Assembly: GCF_006345805.1 (NCBI RefSeq)
Contig: NW_021824434.1
Coordinates: 1-20,066 of the forward strand
DNA: 20,066 nucleotides
Reading direction: 5' to 3'
Source of the DNA: Octopus sinensis
Lineage: Eukaryota
The notes beneath the pieces were generated by a model. The model did not search any database. It was given only the letters and a program-made list of their open reading frames with translations, and was not told the origin of the DNA. Numbering within the stretch: the first letter of the stretch is position 1; each line of letters starts with the position of its first letter. Made by a program: the position numbers and the translations under genes. Positions 9,658-20,066 of the stretch are shown piece after piece.

Positions 9658-9887
9658 GGCGGCGAGCTGGCAGAAACGGTAGCACGCCGGGCGAAATGCG
9701 TAGCCGTATTTCGTCTGCCGTTACGTTCTGAGTTCAAATTCCGCCGAGGTTGACTTTGCCTTTCATCCTTCGGGGTCGATAAATTAAGTACCAGTTACGC
9801 ACTGGGGTCGATATAATCGACTGAATACCTTTGTCTGTCCTTGTTTGTCCCCTCTGTGTTTAGCCCCTTGTGGGTAGTAAAGAAATA
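9658..9887 (+). mobile_element. SINE family A, full length, tail type 1, inserted in (TA)n
   Basis: A-box-like TGGCAGAAACGG, B-box-like GAGTTCAAATTCC, CORE-like GCCTTTCATCCTTCGGGGTCGATAAATTAAGTACCAG. (TA)n on both sides. Confidence 0.95.
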
Positions 9888-9918
9888 TATATATATATTA
9901 TATATATATGTATGTATC

Positions 9919-9976
<58 letters not shown>

Positions 9977-10052
9977 TATAATATATGTATATATATATAT
10001 ATATATATATAGGCTGGGATTTCGTTATTTTCTCCTTTTTTGCCATATACAG

Positions 10053-10133
10053 GTTACAAATTTGTTTTTTGTGGAGACTTTTTATTAGTAGGAGAAATAG
10101 TGATCAATTTGGCTGCTATTTCTAATATTTTCG
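10053..10133 (+). other. Candidate 81-nt symmetric (phase 1-1) exon, unverified
   Basis: Preceded by TTTTCTCCTTTTTTGCCATATACAG and followed by GTATGT. Only the phase-1 frame is open: (G)YKFVFCGDFLLVGEIVINLAAISNIF(G). The peptide is not recognised. Confidence 0.25.
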
Positions 10134-10173
10134 GTATGTGGTTTTGAGCAGCTTGTTGCAATTAACCCTTAAT

Positions 10174-12330
<2,157 letters not shown>

Positions 12331-12335
12331 ATATT

Positions 12336-12480
12336 CGACAGGCTTTATACAGTTTCCGTCTACCAAATCCACTCAGGAGGTCTTAGTCGGCCCGATGCTA
12401 TAGTAGAAAACACTCGCCCAAGATGCCACGCAGTGGGACTGGACCAGGAACAATGTGGTTGGTAAGCAAGCTATATCTTA
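12336..12480 (-). mobile_element. SINE family B head (tRNA-like region, A-box truncated)
   Basis: Reverse complement AGCTTGCTTACCAACCACATTGTTCCTGGTCCAGTCCCACTGCGTGGCATCTTGGGCGAGTG has a degenerate B-box followed by a CORE-like CTTGGGCRAG segment. Confidence 0.8.
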
Positions 12481-13879
12481 GAAGTGACCGAGACCACAAC
12501 AAGCCTCCTGAATGTTCACTTTCGGTTCAGTTGTCTGGAACAACGTAAAACGAATTGCTTTGCTGAAGAATAGAGCGCATCGCATGATCTTGCGCTTGTG
12601 AGTACAACAGCCTCCCCTCTAGTGCAATTCGTCTTCACGTAATGGTACAGCTACTACTTAATTGTTCAATATACACTTCCTGTTCATAAGACGGTAGAGT
12701 ATGATTTGAGGGATGCCACCTGCTATTTCTAGCATGTTTAGTGGTCACACAGAGGTTCGCTCTTTGACGGATTCTTAGTATTATTGTTGTTGTTTGGTCT
12801 CTGATCACCTCTGATCGAACAATTTTATGATCAAAAGCATTCCAGTCCTAACGAACCTGTCTTTTTAATAGGTGCCTTTCTTTAAAACGACAACAGGTTG
12901 CTATTTCTAGTAAATGTGCTATTTCGTCTCGTGTGAGGGGACGGGCATATCTAAGAACAGAGTTTCATCTGCGTGACATAAAAGTAGATCAAAAGAGGTT
13001 GAGGTAGAAATTCCACTCGTAGGACCTCGTAAAATCCTCACTAGCAACGACGTTTCAAATAGATCCATGGAATGGATTAACTATTAAGCAAAATAATCGC
13101 GTGCTTAGGGCATCAAAGGAAGGAGTTAACCATAGAAATGGTTATTGGTTTACGACACAAAAAAAATCACCTTAAACTTTCTAAAATAATATTTGAAGTA
13201 ACTTATACGATCGAAGATATAATTTCAAACAGCTCATGGTGCTAGAATGAGGATCTAATCAAAGACTTTGCAATTAAAGAAGTGGGAGAAAACTTTTCAA
13301 ATATAAATAAAATGGAAGTATACAAATATATAAAAAAAAACATTATTTTCCATCTTACTGTTAGCTTCGTTTCATTTTGAAGAATAAAAATTATTTCTAT
13401 GGTTTATCATTGTTTCTACGTTTAAGTGGGGATAAATATCATATATCGGTATCAATACTCTCTCTGTCGCTAATAAATATTTTTTTAACATGCCTAATTG
13501 CTAACAACAGTGTCTGTTCTGGTACTGTTAATCTATATATCACTGGCGGGGAGATGAGTCGGTCTATTTCAAGCGGTCGAGCGTACATTTTGCACCAAAA
13601 GCCAACATGAGAGTTTCTCTCATGACGTCTACCGCAGTATAGTTTGTTCTAAAAGAACATCCACGTTTAAGTGGAGATACATGAAATCTTTAAAGTGCTT
13701 AGAGCCTCTATGGGTCTTAATCCGGTGCCGCGCTGGAGGATTGTCGCCTGATTGGAGCAAAAGCGTCATTCGCCAGAAGTAGTAAGAAATCACTAACAAA
13801 TAGTCGATGCAACGACGCGCAGACCCCAATAATACACACCTGCTCTAATAGATAGAACTACCAAAGAGGCACATTCAGT

Positions 13880-15000
13880 TTGTTATCTTTGTTGTTGTTG
13901 GTGCTGATGATGCAGTCGGTTCTGTTGTTCTTGTTGTTAGTGTTAGTTTTATACTGGCTTTTGTTGATATTGTTGTAGTTGTTATTGTTGATGCTCTTAG
14001 TATTATTTTGTGGTTTTGCTGTTGTTGTCGTAATGATTGCTAGTGTTAGCGCCGCTGATGGCACAGTCCTCCATAACAGTGTCAATACCGTAGCGATGGT
14101 TGTGACGACAATTGCGCTACGGTTGTTGACGGTGATGGTGGTGCCGACGATGATGGTAACTTTGTTGTAGTAGTTGTTCTGTTGATGATGATGACGACGT
14201 TGGAGATGATGATGTTAAAGATGAGGATGAAGATGATAATAACGATGACGACGACGATGATGATGATGATTATGATAAGGAGGAGGAGGAGGATGACAAT
14301 GACGACGTTGGTGCTGATGAAAATGATGAGGATAAGGATGATAAGGATGGTGGTGATGATCGTGATGATGATCATGTTGATGACGACGACGACGATGATT
14401 ATGATGATGATTATGACAACCCTGACGATGACGATGATGACGACAATGACGATGATGATGACGATGATGATGCGAAGAACACCGACAATGACGATGGAGA
14501 TGATGATGATAATGACGATCACTGACAATGATGCAGATAATGACGACGAAGACAGCTGACGATGATGATGATGAAGATGAGATGATGATGGTGATGATAA
14601 CGATGACAACGACGACGGCAACGACGTTGATATCGCTGCCAATGGTGTAGATCGTGACACTGATTCTAACAGTAAATAAATGATAGCTGAGGTGGTAGTA
14701 TTACTAATGTTAGAAATGTTGCTGGTGGTGGTGGTGGTGGTGAAGGTGGTGGTGGTGGTGGTGGAGGTGGTAGTGATGGTAGTTGTGGCGTTACTATTGG
14801 CGGTCTTTCTGGGGTTGTTACTATCGGTGGTTGCGAGAGTGGTGATGGCGGTAACAGTGGGGATGGTATTATTGTCCGTGGTGGTGGTGGTGGTGATGGT
14901 ATTATTGTTGTGGTTAGTGGCGTTGCTATTGGAGGTGGTACTGGTGTTACAATTGGTAGTTGTAGTAGCGGTGGTGGTGGTGGTGGTATTGGTGGTGTGT
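13880..15000. repeat. Cryptic trinucleotide field (GTT, then GAT/GAC, then GGT)
   Basis: Direct reading. It explains the Met-, Val- and Thr-rich ORFs. Confidence 0.9.
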
Positions 15001-15129
15001 TGGCTCTGATTTGTCCTTATCTTTGCTGGTTTGGCTTCAGCTAAATCTCTCAAGATGTGTTGTCTACTTTTACTGTCTGAACACAAAGACATTTGCCAAT
15101 TGAAAAGAAACAATCGTGTTTTAGTATTT

Positions 15130-15147
15130 GTTTCTCTCTCTCTCTCT

Positions 15148-15183
<36 letters not shown>

Positions 15184-15338
15184 TACACATTCTCTTTCTC
15201 CCCGTTCCTCCATCTCTTTCTTTCTTTCTTTATCTTTCTCTCTCTCTCTCTCTCTGTGCGCGTGTTAGTCTGGATGAATGTGTGCGTTTGTGTATATATG
15301 TATATATATTTATGTATGTGAGCAGGTTACTGAATACG

Positions 15339-15370
<32 letters not shown>

Positions 15371-15488
15371 CGTGTATACATATATATATATATATATATA
15401 TACATATAGAGGTGCGTGTGTATATGTGTGCATATGTACGTGTGCATGTATGTATTTATATTTCCAAACATTCATTCATATATACATA
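15130..15488. repeat. Compound (CT)n/(CA)n/(TG)n/(TA)n microsatellite
   Basis: Direct reading of the sequence. Confidence 0.9.
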
Positions 15489-16345
15489 CAACGTAGTATC
15501 AAAAAGTTCCCGGACTAACCATGTAGCGCGCCAACAGTGGCAGCATACGATTGCATGCGCAGTAGCGAGCCAGCAATGACCTTCGCGAGGCAGCGTGCCG
15601 AATGACTCAATAGTGTTTACTTTGCAAGTTGGAAAATTTGTGTTTTTGTGGTCACGTGTATGCTGTAGTTTGCGTTTTTGTCATGGACAGGAAGTTTGGA
15701 AAAAAAAATAAAGCCAACTTGAAATGTTGCGTTAAACTCTGCCACAGAGACATTGAGCATGCTTCGGCAAGCTTACGGTGACGAGGCAATGGGTCGTGTG
15801 CAATGTTTCGAGTGGCATCGGCTCTAGAAAAGCGGAAGAACTTTCCTGGAAGACGATGAGCGATTTGAAAGATCTGCCACCAGTGTCATCCACCGGAAAT
15901 GGGGTATTGTGAATCGAGATTTCGTCCCCGTTAATTGATTGTTCTACTGCAACGTTTTGAAGCGTTTGAGGGGTGGGGTAGAATTCGGCGAAGGCGACCG
16001 ACATACGGAGAATTGAATTCTTCACGATTGCAATGCACCTTGTCATCGAGTTCTCCTCACTCGTGAATTTCTCGCCAAAAACCAACATGGTATTGCATCC
16101 ACACCCTTCCTATTTGCCGGTTTTAGCACCTGCGCATTTCCATCTCTTCCCAAGATTAAAATGCAGCTCAAATGTCACCGTTTTAATACCGTTGTTGAGA
16201 TTCAAAGGGAATCGCAGAAGGTCTTTTACTCGTTTACGGGAAAGGACTTCCAGGCCAGATTCTAAAAGTGACACAAAACCTTGCACTAGTGCAAGTTATG
16301 TTTTATTAAACATAATTAGTCCGAGAACTTTTTGATACCACCTCG
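15489..16345 (+). mobile_element. Tc1/mariner DNA transposon, internally deleted and non-autonomous
   Basis: 30-bp TIRs at 15489-15518 (CAACGTAGTATCAAAAAGTTCCCGGACTAA) and 16316-16345 match at 26/30 positions. TA at 15487-15488. Mariner transposase remnants lie inside. Confidence 0.92.
15683..16265 (+). pseudogene. Mariner transposase pseudogene
   Basis: N-terminal HTH-like ATETLSMLRQAYGDEAMGRVQCFEWHR..SGRT.LEDDER. A deletion near 15888 removes WVPHEL and the first catalytic Asp. Then ILHDCNAPCH and HPHPSYLPVLAPAHFHLFP (decayed HDNA.PH and HPPYSPDLAP.D). Contains stops and frameshifts. Confidence 0.9.
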
Positions 16346-16950
16346 TCATGTAGGCAAACACAAACACACACACACATACACACGCATATATATACACGCA
16401 TCCATATATTTGTGTATGTATATATACACATGCGTGTGTGTTTGTGTGTGAGTGTGTGTATGTGTGTATGAATGTATGTATGCACTTATCTATATATGTT
16501 TGTATATGATATTCAACTCTACCCAAATAATTTTCTCCTTTACTTACGAAAATGTTTTTCTTTTACCAGTTTTGGGATACACGCAGGCTGTGTTTTGAAT
16601 ACCAGTGCCACCCCACAATTGAGGCTCTTCCATTTCCCATTTCTTCTATCCTTTCAAATTGGTGAATCCTTTTAAGGTTTACTTCAAATTCGAGAAGGAG
16701 AACAAACGCCTACGGGATCCAAAAGTTACGATTAGATTGGTTAATCTTACGTGCAACTAAAATAGTAACATTTCAGGTTCGACGCTTGAGCTGGTCCATT
16801 GTCGTCTTGGTACAGTCTCTAAATTTTGAGTTTCCATTTCTCTATTGTCGTCGTTTCCATTGCTTCTCTCAAACACCAGAAGACATCTAAGTAAAATGGA
16901 AGAAGTTCAAGATGAATGGCGCATCTTAAATCAAAAGCATACAATCATCG

Positions 16951-17157
16951 TCATTTTAAGATACGAGTGTCTTTGATTTTGACATTCAATTGTCCCTGAC
17001 CATGATATTTGGGTGACTATGGCATTGACGTTTGATATGATCTGACCTTGACATTTGAGTGATTCTGACCTTGATGTTTGAGGGCCGTTGACAACTATAT
17101 ATAAGCAATATTGACCTTGGTATGTGAGTGACTCTGCTCTTAACATTAGAGTAGTAC
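16951..17157 (+). repeat. Degenerate 23-bp minisatellite, nine in-phase units, consensus about TGACCTTGACATTTGAGTGACTC
   Basis: Units start at 16951, 16974, 16997, 17020, 17043, 17066, 17089, 17112 and 17135, with no phase shift. Confidence 0.85.
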
Positions 17158-18391
17158 TTCAGTGATTGTGACCTTCGCCTTTCGTTGGCCTTCATCTTTC
17201 GTTGGCGCTGAGAATTAAGCTACTGTGACCGACGTTTGACAAACTCTGCTGCTTACATCTAAGAGACTCTGTTCCTGATATTTGGTGGGGTTTTGACGAG
17301 CATTTCTTTCATATTTTAAATCCTAATCCCACCACGACACCTGCCTGTTTTTCTCTAGATAATGAAGCTGTAGATCCAGATTTTGTAACCTGTTAGAACA
17401 TTTTTCAGAATAATTTCATCTGCATTCAAACAATCAAACCACTCGCAACTGTAGCTTATTTCACTTTATGTTCCCCTATAAATTCACATGATACATTTAT
17501 TTACTAATGTCTACTTGTTGGGAAAATTCCGAGACAATCAAGTGATGATTTTCACGAATTTCAGCGTCACTTTGGCAATGTCGTTGACGTCTAGTATCGT
17601 TAAATATTATCTAAATTTGTAATCATCTTCCTTGTGTATTCGCTGTTTGAAACATTGATATTATCAATGACTTTGTGTACGGCTGTGACCTTCTCATAGG
17701 TCTGTGAAAGTATTATATTCATATGGTTTGTACCAAAAAAATTCCAGTTAATTCTAGTCTTTGTTACACAATGTTAAATCACCAATGAAAAGGAAAGGGT
17801 CTTTTTTTCCCCGAAACTTTACTAGTCAGAATAATTTGTTAGCTTTATTTTTCTTATTAGAATGTACCAAACAAAGTGAGAAGTCATTTAGTGTAGGGGA
17901 ATATGAAGAAGGAGAAAAGAAGATGAAAGGAATGATTAACTTTAAACTTGAATAATTTCAAGTCCTAAGAAGGGGAAAAATCAATGAAATGGAAGATAGG
18001 TCGAAAGTCTGGCAGGTCGAGGGAAAAAGCTGCGACCGTAGAAGAATTTTCTCATTCGAAGAAGCGCAACAACAATTAGATGAAGACGTTGTGAGTTTTG
18101 AGTCAGGTGATTTGGCACAAAGTGATGAGGAACTAAGACAAAAGGGTACATCATAGCACTTCCTTAAAGACCAAAACTAGGGACGTCTCGTCGACGTCAC
18201 AGGATTTTCAAAGATTAAACAAGAGGATAACCAAGGAATTAGTGCTATTACAATCAACGTGGGAGAGACAGGATATGTTGTAGGAAGTTTCATTTAATCT
18301 GGATATTTGGAAGGGTTTTTCTCCTGTCGCACTACATTATTTAACAGGTGCCCAACCTTTTTTGAGAACTTGGTTCTCGAAATTATAGCCA

Positions 18392-18616
18392 AATGGCAGA
18401 AACGTTAGCACACCGGGCAAAATGCATAGCGATATTTCGTTTGCCGTTACGTTCTGAGTTCAAATTCCGCCGAGGTCGACTTTGTCTTTCATTCTTTCGG
18501 GGTCGATAAATTAAGTACCAGTTACGCACTGGGGTCGATGTAATCGACTTAATCCCTTTGTCTGTCCTTGTTTTCCCCTCTATGCTTAGCCCCTTGTGGG
18601 CAATAAAGAAGTAAGT
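18392..18616 (+). mobile_element. SINE family A, tail type 1, slightly 5'-truncated, with TSD
   Basis: Homologous to 9658-9887. Direct repeat AATTATAGCCA at 18381-18391 and 18617-18627. Confidence 0.95.
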
Positions 18617-19404
18617 AATTATAGCCAGCACTGATTTTGTTTCGACGTTAATATCGGAGATGTCAGATGTAAACTATGAGAGTGGAAATGAAAAAATGGG
18701 TAATGGACGTATTTGCCACGATATGCTGCTTGGTAGCATCATATGATTGCATAACGAAATACCGTGCGCCAACAAAACATTATTAATAGCATCGCTATCT
18801 TTTCAAATTCTGCTCATGTTCACATAGAATTTTGGTCCTCTAAACTAGTGTAGGTGTATAAGCCAACCTACCGTTTTCCTTTGTAAATTTTGGTCACAAA
18901 AAATTCGAATTGTATAACGGAAAATACGGTATAGATCAAAATAGATCTTTTGTTGTTTATTTTAAAGCCGCTTTTGTGAATTTGTTTGGAAAACAGTGAT
19001 CGAAACAGAATTCTAGATAACTTTGGCTCCTTCCGTTACAAACCGGCGCCAGTGGGTCGCAATATTTCACAGCTTGGCAGGAACTTGCAGCTATTTTGCA
19101 GTACTTTCCTCAGTTGCTACACCAGCATTTACAACATATAATGTATTTAAAAAATAGAATTACTCACTCTAAACTTTTCATTGATCTTAAAACAAATTAA
19201 CAGAGAAGTTTGTTTGATTTCACAATTACATGTAACCCCTGCAGTGATTTCCTTGTTTGATGCCAACCCAAGGTAGCCAAAATTATTTAGATTAGAAGTT
19301 ATAAGTTCCCGCTAAGTTTCAATGGTCGCAGTAAAATATGTAATAATAATATTACACGTGCCAACACAGCGGTAGGATTTTTAATATGGAGGCAACATAA
19401 AGAT

Positions 19405-19431
19405 ATAATAATAATTATAATAATAATAATG

Positions 19432-19478
<47 letters not shown>

Positions 19479-19490
19479 CATAATAACTGT
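19405..19490. repeat. (AAT)n microsatellite, unoccupied
   Basis: Direct reading of the sequence. Confidence 0.95.
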
Positions 19491-19876
19491 TAATACTGGT
19501 ATAATGCCACAAAATAGGAGGAAAGCGGAATCTTTCATCACAAAATTCAAAGAGACAAATCAAATACTGCCAGGCTATTTATCAATGTTCGACCGAGTCT
19601 GTAATTCTGTATTCTAATATTTAATTTTTTTTTTTTTTTTGTACTTTTTCCAAAATCAGTAAGATAAGAACATGGCTACATATTTTAGGATTTTAGAGGA
19701 AAGTAGACTCGGTTAAACCAAATTAAGTATATATATCAAACTAACCTAAGTACATTTCATCAACATCGAAGGATGAAGTTCGAAGTATAAAGAATTGGAA
19801 CAGAAAATCTGAAAACAAACGTAGCGCATAGGACATAGAGCATAGTTTTATTTAACTGATTATTCTAACGTGTGAT

Positions 19877-20042
19877 ATTGGTTTCAAATTTCGTCACAAG
19901 TCCAGCAGATTTGAGGATGGGGCTAAGTCGATTATAATTGGAACTTATTTAATCGACCCCGAAAGTCAAATTCGGCGGAATGTGAACGAAAGATCGCTGT
20001 GTATTTTGACCGGCGTGCTAACGATTCTGCCAGCTAACGGCC
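19877..20042 (-). mobile_element. SINE family A, tail type 2, with internal deletions
   Basis: CCGGCGTGCTAACGATTCTGCCAGCT head and ATCGACCCCGAAAG core. Tail GGTTTCAAATTTCGTCACAAG resembles 4434-4460. Confidence 0.8.
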
Positions 20043-20066
20043 TTCACTCCAATATGTAATACTATA

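Noticed and set aside
9658-9750. Functional tRNA gene
   Set aside because: A- and B-box-like motifs are present, but there is no closed cloverleaf and the sequence continues into SINE core and tail in multiple copies.
13060-13150. Short hairpins ATCCAT-GGA-ATGGAT and TAACCAT-AGAA-ATGGTTA
   Set aside because: Stems of 6-7 bp are expected by chance in 20 kb of AT-rich DNA.
13708-13782. Possible LINE RT fragment (GGLSPDWSKSVIR, resembling GxIPxDWxxSVI)
   Set aside because: Only about 13 residues of weak similarity, with no adjoining RT motifs.
14182-14559. Met-rich ORF as a possible reflectin-like cephalopod protein
   Set aside because: It is the ATG frame of a (GAT)n tract and lacks the reflectin M/FDxxxxxMD motif and the Tyr/Trp/Arg composition.
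15732-16088. 118-aa minus-strand ORF
   Set aside because: It is the antisense shadow of the mariner transposase remnant.
16951-17157. CRISPR-like array
   Set aside because: The units are contiguous with no unique spacers, there are no cas genes, and the context is eukaryotic.

Overview
Eukaryotic, repeat-saturated non-genic or intronic DNA. The SINE types and microsatellite density suggest an octopod cephalopod; this is recalled similarity, not a database hit. No confident host gene is present, and almost all ORFs in the track are microsatellite artefacts. Supported content: (1) a 5'-truncated R4/Dong-type non-LTR retrotransposon (RT with YMDD, CCHC knuckle, PD-(D/E)xK restriction-like endonuclease) at 1511-4351, inserted in an (AAT)n tract; (2) about 11 copies or fragments of two tRNA-derived SINE families, two with clear target-site duplications; (3) an internally deleted mariner at 15489-16345; (4) many simple and cryptic repeats. 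Structure not explained by these: a 2.1 kb array of four long fold-back palindromes (10231-12330) embedded in (TA)n. It is built from two diverged variants, and the arms of each variant match their own partner rather than the other variant. Two smaller (TA)n-flanked palindromes lie at 5472-5652. Also seen: an in-phase 23-bp minisatellite carrying TGACCTTG nuclear-receptor half-sites, a Gly-rich/TTCCTGGAA repeat, and a possible 81-nt symmetric exon. The many single-base homopolymer deletions suggest an error-prone long-read consensus, so part of the palindrome array could be an assembly artefact.
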